From assembly GCA_964521215.1 (NCBI GenBank), contig CAZFRD010000003.1, forward strand, positions 425 through 64,424: a DNA stretch of 64,000 nucleotides, given 5' to 3'. Source of the stretch: an uncultured Pseudomonadales bacterium. Lineage in GTDB: Bacteria; Patescibacteriota; Microgenomatia; UBA1400; PJMF01. Shown piece after piece: positions 28,716-38,888 of this stretch. How positions within the stretch are numbered: position 1 is the stretch's first letter; each line of letters begins with the position of its first letter. The position numbers and the translations under genes are program-made. The notes below the pieces were generated by a model. That model had not been told where the DNA came from, searched no databases, and worked only from the letters and a program-made list of their open reading frames with translations.

Positions 28716-29285
28716 TTAAGCAGTGTATTCTTCGTTTTCTTCCATTTCGCGCTCAATCAAACGCCTCAGGTAGACCGATCGAGGAATTTTCTTTTCCTTG
28801 GCTACCCAATCCAAATAGGTGCTGATGGTAGGCGTAATGAAGAAGTTGAAGCGTACATCACTGGTTTCTTGAGCGTATTCCAAGGCTAGAGTGAGCATTT
28901 CTTCCAGAGTAGAGTCGTCGTAGGTAAGCAGTTGGAGTCGATCAGAGTGCAAACCTTTAAGAGCGTGGGGGAGACCAGCGGCTTCTTTGCGGGTGAGGAT
29001 GATGACGGGTTTGCTCATGTTGAGGGCGGAGGCAACTTCAAAACCAATGCTGACGTCTGGCTGAGAGACTTCGTAGATGATGACGTCGGCTTTTTTGATC
29101 CAGTTGAAAAGTTTTTTGGCGTAGAGTTCGGCTTCAGCGGAGGATTCAGTAACGATCTCCGATGGGTTGCGCTCAATGGCGTGGCGGGTTAGTAAGTCGT
29201 GACCGAGCTTGTCGATAACGGAGATAACTCTCTCAAAGTCAGACTTATTTCCATTAATAATGGGTGCCATAAAATGTATTTTCAT
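28716..29285 (-). CDS. nucleoside 2-deoxyribosyltransferase-like domain fused to C-terminal ribbon-helix-helix (CopG/Arc-like) tail
   Basis: IIYEVSQPDVSIGFEVASALNMSKPVIIL resembles DPGTAFEIGYAxALGKPVI of the Nuc_deoxyrib_tr family. The C-terminal RFNFFITPTISTYLDWVAKEKKIPRSVYLRRLIEREME has a beta-alpha-alpha RHH pattern. Confidence 0.5.
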   Translation of the reverse strand: MKIHFMAPIINGNKSDFERVISVIDKLGHDLLTRHAIERNPSEIVTESSAEAELYAKKLFNWIKKADVIIYEVSQPDVSIGFEVASALNMSKPVIILTRKEAAGLPHALKGLHSDRLQLLTYDDSTLEEMLTLALEYAQETSDVRFNFFITPTISTYLDWVAKEKKIPRSVYLRRLIEREMEENEEYTA

Positions 29286-29357
29286 TTTTTCTCCTCCGTT
29301 TACAAATACCTATTATATACTTACACTGCAAGTTATTAAAAAATATATCAAATACGT

Positions 29358-30383
29358 ATGATTAATTTATCATTTGGTTTCATCGGCTGTGGGGGGTGGG
29401 CGAGGAAGAAATACCTGCCTTACCTGGAAAAACACCCAGAGGTGACGGTGGCGGCTTTTTGCGAGTTGGTGTTGCCCAAAGAAAAAACTGAAATTTCTGA
29501 ACTTTTCCCCGAAGCCAAATATTACGAAACCGCCACCGAAATGCTGGCCAGTGAAAAATTAGCTGGTGTCGTCGTCACGCTCCCACACAGCCTGCACTTA
29601 CCTAGAATCCTTCAGGCTTTAGAGCAAGGCTTACCAGTTTTTACCGACAAACCTGCCGGCGTCACCGCCGATGAAATCCGACAAATTGTCGCCGCCGAAG
29701 CAAAATCAGGCAAAAGAGTCACTATTGGCTCGCAGAGGCGAGCCTTACCAGGTTATACCGAAATTAAACAACGACTAGCCCAAAGTGGCGAACAACCACG
29801 CTGGGCCACCGGCACCTTTCACTTTAGCTCCTACCCCGGTTGGCAAAACACCTGGAGAAACAACCCCCAACTAGCCGGTAATCCGCAAACCAAGCAGGGA
29901 GTCTTGCTCGATACCGGCTACCACCTAATCGACAGCTTGCTCTATATCTTGAACTTCCCCAAACCACTCCGCGTCTTTGCGCAGGCCAATTACCGCGACT
30001 ACAACGTAGAAGCCGATGTAGCGCTCACCATCCAGTTTGACCACGAACTCACCATGCAACTAAATGTTTCGCGCGATGTGCCACCCCAATATGAAAAAGA
30101 GGGCATCGCGCTCTTAACCGACAGGCAGTACCTGTCATTCAACCTCAATTCCGTCAATGGCGTCAAAAAAGCCACTTTAGTGATTAGTGACCAAGACTCC
30201 TCAGCCCAAATCCTCCACTATCCCATCACCGCCATCGCCCATCATCCATTAGCTTCGTTCTTGGATTATGTAGCGGGTAAACCTTATGAAGAAACTTGGT
30301 CTGTCGCCTCTAGTTTGCTGACGCTAGAAATTATTGATGCCGCTTACCAATCAATTCAAACTCAAGCTGTAGTTCACTTATAA
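29358..30383 (+). CDS. Gfo/Idh/MocA family NAD(P)-dependent oxidoreductase
   Basis: N-terminal Rossmann motif FGFIGCGGWARKKYLP in a 341-aa protein. Confidence 0.75.
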   Translation: MINLSFGFIGCGGWARKKYLPYLEKHPEVTVAAFCELVLPKEKTEISELFPEAKYYETATEMLASEKLAGVVVTLPHSLHLPRILQALEQGLPVFTDKPAGVTADEIRQIVAAEAKSGKRVTIGSQRRALPGYTEIKQRLAQSGEQPRWATGTFHFSSYPGWQNTWRNNPQLAGNPQTKQGVLLDTGYHLIDSLLYILNFPKPLRVFAQANYRDYNVEADVALTIQFDHELTMQLNVSRDVPPQYEKEGIALLTDRQYLSFNLNSVNGVKKATLVISDQDSSAQILHYPITAIAHHPLASFLDYVAGKPYEETWSVASSLLTLEIIDAAYQSIQTQAVVHL

Positions 30384-30401
30384 CTTTGTCATGCAGAATT
30401 T

Positions 30402-31154
30402 ATGCCAAATTTAAACTCGGTCGCCGTAATTACAGGTGGAAGTAGTGGGATGGGACTCGCCACTGCCAGAAAATTAGCCCAAGAAGGTTGCCAGACGCTA
30501 TTTTTACTAGCAAGAACTGAGAACAAGTTGGACCAAGTAGTTTCTGAGCTAAAACATGATTTTCCCGCACTCAGAGTGAGCGGACTCACAGTAGACGTAA
30601 GCAACTTTGAGCAAGTCAAAGCCACTTTTGCCACCATTGCCCAAACGGAATCGCGGATTGATTATCTTTTGCTGGCTGCTGGTGCGAGTGTGAGCGAGAA
30701 ACTGAGCAAATCAACCGATTCCCAAGCTTTTAACCAAGATTTACAAATTAACTTAGTCGGCACCTACAATTGCCTATTGTGTGCCCAACCCTTGTTGGGG
30801 CAGGGGAGCAGTGTGGTGACGGTGGCCTCGATCCGGGGCCAGCTGCCTAGTCCGACTGGCTTGGGGTATGCCGCCGCCAAAGGCGGCATCCTAGCCTTAA
30901 CCAGATCCACAGCGCTCCAGCTGGCCCCCCAAGGAATTCGTGTCAATTGCATCTCTCCTAGCGCCGTTTTTCCCACCGGAATGTCCCAACACTGGGACGA
31001 AAGCAAGCGCCAACGGATTACTAACGAAATTCCGCTTCAAAGGATTACTAGCCCCGAAGAAATTGCCAATGTGGCTTGGTTTTTACTTTCCCATCAATCA
31101 AGTTGTCTCACTGGTCAAACTATCAACTGTAACGGTGGTGAATACATGAACTAG
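30402..31154 (+). CDS. short-chain dehydrogenase/reductase (SDR, FabG-like)
   Basis: TGGSSGMG cofactor-binding motif and catalytic YAAAK. Confidence 0.85.
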   Translation: MPNLNSVAVITGGSSGMGLATARKLAQEGCQTLFLLARTENKLDQVVSELKHDFPALRVSGLTVDVSNFEQVKATFATIAQTESRIDYLLLAAGASVSEKLSKSTDSQAFNQDLQINLVGTYNCLLCAQPLLGQGSSVVTVASIRGQLPSPTGLGYAAAKGGILALTRSTALQLAPQGIRVNCISPSAVFPTGMSQHWDESKRQRITNEIPLQRITSPEEIANVAWFLLSHQSSCLTGQTINCNGGEYMN

Positions 31155-31186
31155 CCACCAAAGCAGAAATACGCTAAGATTGGTGT

Positions 31187-31693
31187 ATGTCACAACCATT
31201 TTTTGCTAAAGTGCATCAACAATTGGGATCGACCAAGACTGGTTGGTTATTTGTGCTGGCTGGCGCAGTGGCTGGCTTATTAGTACTAGGCTTGGTTATT
31301 GCCTACCAGCGCACGACCAAAACTACCCAGCAGTATCCCACCGCCGCCGATGGTCCCAAACTACAAGATTTGACATACTTAGAAGCTCAACCAACTGAGA
31401 GCAATTTTGTTTGGCAGCCTCTCGACCAACCGCCGGTGAATGTGGTGGGTAATTTGCAAAAAAGTCGTAACGTGCCGGTTAAGGCTGCCAACCCTGGTAC
31501 TGCGTTGGTGAATGAAGGTTACCAGATGGTAGAAGTGGCTCAAACGGATATGAAGCCTTATCAGTCCCAAACCGGTTATCAAAAAGAGCGGGATGTTTGT
31601 TTGTTAATTGCTTCGATGGCTAATGGTGAAGCAGATATGTGGGCAGATAATCCCGATTACATGTATGAACTCAAGTGCGGCCGTTTACCCTAA
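31187..31693 (+). CDS. membrane-anchored hypothetical protein
   Basis: One N-terminal TM segment followed by a soluble domain. 168 aa. Confidence 0.4.
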   Translation: MSQPFFAKVHQQLGSTKTGWLFVLAGAVAGLLVLGLVIAYQRTTKTTQQYPTAADGPKLQDLTYLEAQPTESNFVWQPLDQPPVNVVGNLQKSRNVPVKAANPGTALVNEGYQMVEVAQTDMKPYQSQTGYQKERDVCLLIASMANGEADMWADNPDYMYELKCGRLP

Positions 31694-31787
31694 GTTTTTC
31701 CATTAGTCCTATAAATATATATTAAATGCGTATTGAAATGGATCATAATTCCTGTACAATCACAGTTAGTATATTATAGGTCTTTAA

Positions 31788-33125
31788 ATGCTAAAGCTAA
31801 ATGAATTTCGAGAAAAAATTGGAACATGGTACTCTCAGTTGTCAAATAAGGAAAAGGCGAGTTTAGGTGTTTTTGTTGGTAGTTTTCTTTTACTATTGAC
31901 CACATCTTGCGCTGAACCTTTACCAATGTCAGGAGTGGCAGCAGCAGCTGACCTAGGTAACAATGACAAGAGAAACCAACCCACAGCTCAAGTTGACAAT
32001 TCCGACGTCGTTGTTGCAGACAATCTTGATGAAGCGACAGCAAATCTCCAACAAGTAGCAACACCAACCCCAACGCAGACACCAAGATCTACTCAAGAGC
32101 AGCCACAACCAACCGAAACACAAGTTCCATATGCCGTTGTGAAAAAAAATAGCAACCTGCGAAGTGACCACACAATAACATCTGCGATTGTTGCTGGGTT
32201 GACCAGCGGAGAGAATGTAGTTGTAATCGGTAAAATAGACTATCCAACTGGGACTTTCGATTGGTACGAAATCCAACGAACGATTGGTAAAAGAGAAAGA
32301 GGTTTTATTCGAGGTGATTTACTTGGTGTTAGCCCAACTATGACAGTTCCCGTGCTAGAAACGCTTTCTGCACCAACCCCAGCTCCTAAACCTCCTACCA
32401 TTAGAGAAAGTCAAACGACGAAAGAAGTTTCTGTAACATACATTACACCTGCCGTGAACACCATCACTTTCTCCAACCCCTACACCCAAGAAGGGAGAGC
32501 ACCAGGCCTTGTCATAACAAACCCTCAGAGATTTAAAGTGTTAACAGACAATCATCCATGGTACGAAATAGTATTCGGAGGAAATCGAGTGTGGATACTA
32601 GCTACTCAAGATACTGTAATAGTAAAAGGAACTGAAAAAGTTGTGGTTCAAGCAAGTGGCCCAGTTGTAACTAACCCAGAAACCGCACCCACATCAACTG
32701 GCACCCATTTTAGTGGAATTCATACCGGAGGTGTCTGGTACATTCCTGAGGTGGAACTCAATCTATCAGATGGAGAACACAATAAAAGAGTCGTGTGGAG
32801 CCCTGAAACAGCAACTATTACTCCAGTTACAGGATGGGTTGCTGAAGCTAGCGAAGTAACGGTATACCAAAAAGAGGGAAACTTAATATTTAATGTGGGC
32901 TCAGTGGATCAAAATGCCGATGGTTCTTATTCGGTGTTGGGTAATAGATTAAACTCATCATATGTAGTTTATATCTATATTAAAGATGACGCTGGCAATG
33001 ACACGGCAACAAATACCAATCTTCAGTATTCTCCAACAATGGTATCAGTTGATGAGCGAGTGGGAGTATTAGGAAATTGTATATTACTATTTGTCTCTAG
33101 AGATAAGTTGCCTAAGATAAAATAA
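31788..33125 (+). CDS. secreted protein with SH3b-like repeats
   Basis: Signal/anchor peptide. Two segments with the bacterial SH3 pattern (VVKKNSNLRSDHT..GENVVVIGKID...WYEIQ and a second at VLTDNHPWYEIVFGG). Confidence 0.45.
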   Translation: MLKLNEFREKIGTWYSQLSNKEKASLGVFVGSFLLLLTTSCAEPLPMSGVAAAADLGNNDKRNQPTAQVDNSDVVVADNLDEATANLQQVATPTPTQTPRSTQEQPQPTETQVPYAVVKKNSNLRSDHTITSAIVAGLTSGENVVVIGKIDYPTGTFDWYEIQRTIGKRERGFIRGDLLGVSPTMTVPVLETLSAPTPAPKPPTIRESQTTKEVSVTYITPAVNTITFSNPYTQEGRAPGLVITNPQRFKVLTDNHPWYEIVFGGNRVWILATQDTVIVKGTEKVVVQASGPVVTNPETAPTSTGTHFSGIHTGGVWYIPEVELNLSDGEHNKRVVWSPETATITPVTGWVAEASEVTVYQKEGNLIFNVGSVDQNADGSYSVLGNRLNSSYVVYIYIKDDAGNDTATNTNLQYSPTMVSVDERVGVLGNCILLFVSRDKLPKIK

Positions 33126-33168
33126 TTACCTCTTGATCATGAGTGCTATTTCTTGATAGAGTGGTATC

Positions 33169-36100
33169 GTGTGGAAATATTTTTGGAAATTATTTGTTAT
33201 TGCATCATTATTTTTTGTTCTCGTAGTTTTTAAACCTCTAAATACCGCTGAAGCTTACTGTAATCCAGACCTCTGGCATGATGCAACAAGTTGTCAGTCT
33301 AGTTGCACAAAAACACAATACAACGACTGCGACGTAACCAATACTAGAGTAGTATCATGTACTGGGGGTAGTTGTGCAGATCCGACTGCTACGCCAGGTG
33401 GTAATCCCAATGTTCGCTGTGGCAGTTGTACCTGCCCAGATGGAAGTACTAAAGCAAAGTGGTGTACCCCCGATTGCTCTGCCACTAACGCCTGTTGGTG
33501 TGATCCATGTGGAGGAGGTGGCGGGGGAGGGGGGAATAGTTGCTGTATGTTAGATGAGAATTGTACTGCTAGTAACTCATGTTACAACTGTAGTCCTGGT
33601 AACTGTAGAGGTTTTTGTGACTCCAATAATGAATGTTCGGCAGCGAGCTACGAAGGCGCCTGTACATATCGTTGTATAGCGGATCCCACCTCACCTCCTG
33701 GTTCCACACCCACTCCAACCTTTCCACCGCTTTGTGGCAACCTCAGCGTCGACCCTGGCGAGGCGTGTGATAATTACATTTACAATAGCAATACAGTCCC
33801 TAATGCCTGTCGGCTGAACTGCCAGTGGCCAGTCTGTGGCGATTTTGTAGTAGATAATACAAACGCCACTCACGGGGGGGTCAACGAAGAATGCGATGCC
33901 GGCGCTGGCAACAGCACCACTGGTTACTGTTCCAACAGTTGTTTACAACTACCCGAATATTCAAATTCTTGTAATCTGATAACTATTGGGCCTTATGCTT
34001 ATGATGGCGTGGACTTTACCTACTCGTACCGAGCGCAAAGTAACGCCAATACTCCAGGTAGTTACTCACCATCGCTACAAATGACTCACCTCAGAAACAA
34101 ATTAGGGATAGATCTTACCCCGCCCAATATTATGTATAGCGAAATAATTCCAAGTTGTAGTAATTACTCATGCACTTCCAACCAAACAATGACCATCGAT
34201 GGTGATTACTTGGTAGTGGATGGAGTAGGTCATAGTTTAACAGTAGGTGTCAATGTCTGGTCAACTATTGAGGGTGAGGCACACCAGTGCGAAACAAGCT
34301 GGTATAGCTCCACCTCGCCAGCATGGCCCAACGAAAACTCACTTAATGGCTGTGATAACAACTGCCGAACTACCATACCAATTATTAATAAGGTAGAGGC
34401 TGCCTGTAACAACTTCACTGTTGACGCTAGTACGATCAATGCAAGTAGTAACTTAACCATCACAGGAACAACTACGACTAATTTATCAGTGGGTCAAGTG
34501 GTACTACAGTACCAAATTCTTAAGGAAGATAACTCCACCACCACTTGGGAAGCCGTTCCAGGAGCAGCTTGCACCGCTACTGGCTCAGATTGGACATGTA
34601 CCAATGTTATTCTTCCTGAATTATTAGAAACTGACCAAGAAGTGAGATTTGATTTGATTCCACTAGTTACAGTTGCCTGTTCGAATATTACGCATCATAG
34701 CGATCAAAGTACGACCGACTGCCTAGTAGCGGCTGGTCCAACTACCGCAGTAAGATGTCGATCTTGGGGCTGGGCCGCTGGCTTGCCTCCCAACGACCAT
34801 CCCAACACTTCTTGTAGCAGTAGTTGTTATGTGGCTTTACCCGTCGGTGCTGTGCCTTATACCCCCACACCCACCCCCACAGTTACACTCACCCCCATTC
34901 CAACCAATACTGCCACACCAACGCCCATTGGAGCGCCCACCGCCACGCCCACCCACACACCCACACCCACACCTACGCCCACTTCTTCCGTACCAACGGC
35001 CACACCCACCAATACTCCTGCCGTGGCACCAGCATTCTGGGGTGAATTATTTTACGACTTCAACAACAATGGAGTTTATGAAACTCAATGTGACGTGGGC
35101 CATATCGTCGAAAAAATTGATTATGCCACCTTTGGCTGTACCGGAGCAGGTTGTACCGACTGCTCGCCCAAAGCTGCACTCGCTGCCCTAATTGGACCAC
35201 TCAACCGGTCACTAGAAGGATTTGAATTATTGGTGGAGGGCACCGGTTTCATTTGGCTCCCCAATCCCAAAATCAGACTCGCACCCTACAGTAGTAATCC
35301 GTTTTACTCGTGGAACGTGGCGCAAAATAATTCTTATACCCTGACTTTGACAGATCCTCGTTCCACCGTCCGTAACTGTAGCGTCACTACTGGTAATCCT
35401 CGCAATATCTCGGTGGGCACTTCCAATGTGGGCAATATTAACACCGGTATCATCTGTAGCCCTCCTTCCACACCCACACCAACGCCCACTCCCACAGCCA
35501 CCGTTACACCCACACCCACCGTCACACCCACTTCCACGCCCACACCCACGCCCACGCCTGGTCCCTATTGGCAAATCCAAGGTGGCAATCTCTTTTCTAA
35601 TGGCGATACTACTGTATTATTGCCAGATCTCTCGTCACTCGGCACCTCAATTCATTTAGCCGATAAATATCCAAATTCTGCTCTCAATATTAGCGCTGGT
35701 GCGGCCATTAGCAATGGATTACTATCAATCGGTTCTGGTTCACTTAATGATTTTTCGGCAAATTTTTCGGGTGAAAAAGTTGAAGAAACTAGCAGCTCGA
35801 TCTGTAGTGATTACACTTTTGCCAGTTTTGCGGATAGTTTAGATTTAGCTCATTTAACATCACAAGGGCCTTTATCAGGAACTATGATTGTCCAAGATTT
35901 CGACAATATATATGGTTCAGCTGTCGATCGGGGAGATTACAAAATTTTCTATCGCTCAGATGATCTACGCCTCAATATCGGAGTATTGTGGGAAGTTAAT
36001 GCAGATCCACCAAACAACAACAAACCCACCATCGTAGTGGTTGATGGAGATCTTGAAGTTGCCTCCATCGGAGGTTTGGAACAACTCATTGACCTAAATC

Positions 36101-36471
36101 CAAATACATTTCTTGGCTTTATTGTCTCTGGCGATATCATTTTTGAAAGCTCAGTGGGCAACAACGTTAGTTCTTCAACTATACCTCCAGGAATTCCAGA
36201 CAACGAACTAAGCAATGTAGAGGGCTTATTCTTCTCGACCGGAAAACCAACCGGTGGCGGTAATGTTATCGTCCAATCAGCCACTCTACCCGCAGAGGAT
36301 AAACGCTTCGTGGGTGAGGGCACATTCATTGGCTGTGCTGGTGTAGAGTTACAGCGAGCCCTTCAAATCAATAATAATAAAACTGAGATATTCCGTTTCA
36401 AACCAGACTTACTATTGAACGTACCAACCGACTTAAGAGAGGCACATATATCATGGCAAGAAATCAACTAG
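33169..36471 (+). CDS. 1100-aa cysteine-rich secreted protein with Myxococcus-type Cys-rich repeats, poly-Gly and PT linkers (candidate pilus-associated adhesin)
   Basis: Signal peptide. Two repeats of the form CGxxxVDPGEACD / CGDFVVD...EECDAGAGNS..YCSNSC. A GGGGGGGGNSCC tract. PTPTPT linkers at ~34858-35025 and ~35465-35565. The stop overlaps the start of the pilin gene at 36453. Confidence 0.7.
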   Translation: MWKYFWKLFVIASLFFVLVVFKPLNTAEAYCNPDLWHDATSCQSSCTKTQYNDCDVTNTRVVSCTGGSCADPTATPGGNPNVRCGSCTCPDGSTKAKWCTPDCSATNACWCDPCGGGGGGGGNSCCMLDENCTASNSCYNCSPGNCRGFCDSNNECSAASYEGACTYRCIADPTSPPGSTPTPTFPPLCGNLSVDPGEACDNYIYNSNTVPNACRLNCQWPVCGDFVVDNTNATHGGVNEECDAGAGNSTTGYCSNSCLQLPEYSNSCNLITIGPYAYDGVDFTYSYRAQSNANTPGSYSPSLQMTHLRNKLGIDLTPPNIMYSEIIPSCSNYSCTSNQTMTIDGDYLVVDGVGHSLTVGVNVWSTIEGEAHQCETSWYSSTSPAWPNENSLNGCDNNCRTTIPIINKVEAACNNFTVDASTINASSNLTITGTTTTNLSVGQVVLQYQILKEDNSTTTWEAVPGAACTATGSDWTCTNVILPELLETDQEVRFDLIPLVTVACSNITHHSDQSTTDCLVAAGPTTAVRCRSWGWAAGLPPNDHPNTSCSSSCYVALPVGAVPYTPTPTPTVTLTPIPTNTATPTPIGAPTATPTHTPTPTPTPTSSVPTATPTNTPAVAPAFWGELFYDFNNNGVYETQCDVGHIVEKIDYATFGCTGAGCTDCSPKAALAALIGPLNRSLEGFELLVEGTGFIWLPNPKIRLAPYSSNPFYSWNVAQNNSYTLTLTDPRSTVRNCSVTTGNPRNISVGTSNVGNINTGIICSPPSTPTPTPTPTATVTPTPTVTPTSTPTPTPTPGPYWQIQGGNLFSNGDTTVLLPDLSSLGTSIHLADKYPNSALNISAGAAISNGLLSIGSGSLNDFSANFSGEKVEETSSSICSDYTFASFADSLDLAHLTSQGPLSGTMIVQDFDNIYGSAVDRGDYKIFYRSDDLRLNIGVLWEVNADPPNNNKPTIVVVDGDLEVASIGGLEQLIDLNPNTFLGFIVSGDIIFESSVGNNVSSSTIPPGIPDNELSNVEGLFFSTGKPTGGGNVIVQSATLPAEDKRFVGEGTFIGCAGVELQRALQINNNKTEIFRFKPDLLLNVPTDLREAHISWQEIN

Positions 36472-36965
36472 GCTATTCTTTAGTCGAACTATTGGTGGTG
36501 ACGGCTCTAATGTTACTCTTGCTTTTGGGTGTGTCCACTTTGCTCATCGCCAGTTTGACCAGCGATGCCCGTATCACCATAAGGCAAGAACTGCGAGCAG
36601 AGGGCAACTACGCCCTAGATACCATGAGTTACTTCATCCGCAATGCCAAATCTCTTGAGGACTGTACTTCTGGGGGCATCACTCTCACCGTCAACAACGA
36701 AGATAGACGAGAGAGCCAGTTCTCAGTGGTACTCAATGGGGGCTATAATCAAATCGCCTCGGATTCTGCAGCGGTAGGCTCCTTTCTTGCACGAAGAGCA
36801 TTTCTCACCCAAGCTCCTTACGAAGTGAGCAACTTTATCGTGGACTGCAATGACGACAACGCCCAGCCCTACGTCACCATTAGTTTCACTTTGGAGCGAA
36901 CTGACGTGGAAGGAGAAGCGATCAGCAATGACTTCCGCCACACCGTATTGGTGCGCAATCAATAA
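36453..36965 (+). CDS. prepilin-type minor pilin/pseudopilin
   Basis: MARNQLG|YSLVELLVV class III signal with Glu5. Confidence 0.65.
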   Translation: MARNQLGYSLVELLVVTALMLLLLLGVSTLLIASLTSDARITIRQELRAEGNYALDTMSYFIRNAKSLEDCTSGGITLTVNNEDRRESQFSVVLNGGYNQIASDSAAVGSFLARRAFLTQAPYEVSNFIVDCNDDNAQPYVTISFTLERTDVEGEAISNDFRHTVLVRNQ

Positions 36966-36970
36966 TTGAA

Positions 36971-37432
36971 TTAATATTCCCGTTCGTAATATTCTTGGGT
37001 CAGAACATAAGTTTTTGTTTTGGCATCAACTTCCCACTCAATGGTAATTTTTGCGGTGATTTTTTCTGGAGATCCAGCTGGTGGCTTCGTAATCAATACC
37101 GTAGGAGTAAAATCCATACCCAGCTTATTGATCGTCGCACATGACGAACCTGGCAGTGGTTCAGTAAAAGTAGGAGGATCCGCTGGAAAATAACAATAGT
37201 TGGTAAGATCGTTCAGCCCAGCAAAAAAAGTTGGCCAACTTTCTTGAGCCCGTTTGAGCAAAATATATTCCGAAATTTCCTCAGCCAAACTTGTTGCGCC
37301 TTCTCGGTAGCGGTTGACAGCTTCTCGCTGGATGGAGTAGGTGAGACTGATAGCGATCCCCGTCAACATCACGCCCACTATTACGGTGGCAACCAGGAGC
37401 TCAATTAAGGTATTGCCTCGTTGTTTTTTCAT
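36971..37432 (-). CDS. prepilin-type minor pilin
   Basis: MKKQRG|NTLIELLVATVIVGV. Confidence 0.65.
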   Translation of the reverse strand: MKKQRGNTLIELLVATVIVGVMLTGIAISLTYSIQREAVNRYREGATSLAEEISEYILLKRAQESWPTFFAGLNDLTNYCYFPADPPTFTEPLPGSSCATINKLGMDFTPTVLITKPPAGSPEKITAKITIEWEVDAKTKTYVLTQEYYEREY

Positions 37433-37434
37433 AA

Positions 37435-37989
37435 TTAAGGTTGTTTCGTCACGGCCGAGATCTCGCCGCCCGGGCTAAGAGTAAATTGATAAGTCACGCC
37501 ACCACGACTGACCTCAATATCGGTATCATCATCCACAGTGGCTCCGCCCATGAGCGAGTAGAAGCTGACGGATTTAGATACACTGCCCCACACTCCACCA
37601 ACAACAATTTGCTCACCATCATAAAACACATCTACCGGTACAGTAATTTCATAGGTACTAACAGGAGTTGGTGAATTTGTAGCCGAAAACTTACCCGAGC
37701 CACAGTATCCCACACTTTGAACTTCATCGTCTGAAGAATTAAAAACTAGGGAATAGCCGATTACTTTATCTGGAACTGTACACCCCTCAGCATCCTGAGA
37801 TCTAGCTTTGGCTCTGGTTTGTACAACAAAACGCTGTAATTCGGTCGCCACTTTTTCTGCATCCAATCTTTCTTGGAAACGCAGATAGGTTGCTCCACCA
37901 ACGGTCAGTAAAATCAGACCCACCACCATCGTCGCCATTAGCTCAATCAGGGTGAAACCTTGATGGTTATGAAGCGTGGGTTGTTTCAT
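37435..37989 (-). CDS. prepilin-type minor pilin (FimT/GspH-like size)
   Basis: ..HQG|FTLIELMATMVVGLILL. Confidence 0.7.
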   Translation of the reverse strand: MKQPTLHNHQGFTLIELMATMVVGLILLTVGGATYLRFQERLDAEKVATELQRFVVQTRAKARSQDAEGCTVPDKVIGYSLVFNSSDDEVQSVGYCGSGKFSATNSPTPVSTYEITVPVDVFYDGEQIVVGGVWGSVSKSVSFYSLMGGATVDDDTDIEVSRGGVTYQFTLSPGGEISAVTKQP

Positions 37990-37999
37990 GAAAAATCAA

Positions 38000-38395
38000 T
38001 TAGGGGTTAGTCACGATAAAAGGCGGAGCGTTTTCTAAGGTTGCTTCCAGTTGAAAACCAGTACAGCTAGTACTGCAACCCCCAGGTGAAGGGGTATATG
38101 TATAAGCGGCACCAGTTGACGGGTCGGTAGGAATTGCTGCATCAGACCAATAACCGGTCGTCGACAGTAAGTCGGTATTTTCTGGGTAAACTCCATTATC
38201 TGATCTGTATAGCACCAGCGCCTGTCTGATATTGGTTACATCAGTTCTCCGACGGCTGTTGCGGGCATTTCTAGCGGCATTGGTATAGGTCACCAAACCA
38301 ATAGCAAATAAGATTGACATAATGGTGACCACGGCTAACAGCTCGATTAGGGTAAAACCTGATCTTTTTTTATTTTTTCGGTTAAGTTTTATCAT
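38000..38395 (-). CDS. type IV pilin
   Basis: ..KKRSG|FTLIELLAVVTIMSIL. Confidence 0.75.
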   Translation of the reverse strand: MIKLNRKNKKRSGFTLIELLAVVTIMSILFAIGLVTYTNAARNARNSRRRTDVTNIRQALVLYRSDNGVYPENTDLLSTTGYWSDAAIPTDPSTGAAYTYTPSPGGCSTSCTGFQLEATLENAPPFIVTNP

Positions 38396-38416
38396 TTTGT
38401 TATTTTTTTTAGATTT

Positions 38417-38827
38417 TTAAAATAAGTTGTTCACACAAAAGAAACCACTTCCCCCCATTCCTGGAACACCACCGCACGCAGCATCACAATTTCCATTGTC
38501 ACCCTCAAGGTCTGCGCTAATACAGTAACTCGTTCCACCAAACTGACAAACATAATCATCTCCGCGTGGACCTTCATAAACTCCGTTGAAACCTTGAACA
38601 TAGTCATCCAAATTTGCACAGTCATTTGTAACTGGGTAAGCATTTGGTAACTGATCTGCATAGTACTGCTCAGCTGCACCTTGTAATGCTTTAATCTCCG
38701 AAATCCTCCGAGCATCTCGGCTTCTCTGAAGTGATTTTTGAAAAGCCATCAAACCCATCGTAGATAAAAGCCCAATGATGGCGACCACAATGAGGATTTC
38801 TATCAGGGTAAAGCCGTTTTTTTTCAT
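38417..38827 (-). CDS. type IV pilin (PilA-like)
   Basis: MKKNG|FTLIEILIVVAIIGLL with a C-terminal Cys pair. TTGCAA-18-TATGAT promoter-like element upstream. Confidence 0.8.
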   Translation of the reverse strand: MKKNGFTLIEILIVVAIIGLLSTMGLMAFQKSLQRSRDARRISEIKALQGAAEQYYADQLPNAYPVTNDCANLDDYVQGFNGVYEGPRGDDYVCQFGGTSYCISADLEGDNGNCDAACGGVPGMGGSGFFCVNNLF

Positions 38828-38888
38828 AGTCTGATCATCATACTAGTATTTGCGACCCAATTGCAAGCGCCGATCAAAGTAGTTGAGT

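Noticed and set aside
34858-35565. Highly repetitive ACACCCACACCCAC-type DNA that could be mistaken for a CRISPR or tandem-repeat locus
   Set aside because: It lies inside the 1100-aa ORF and encodes the PTPTPT linkers. The periodicity is 6 nt with no spacer/repeat structure and no cas genes.
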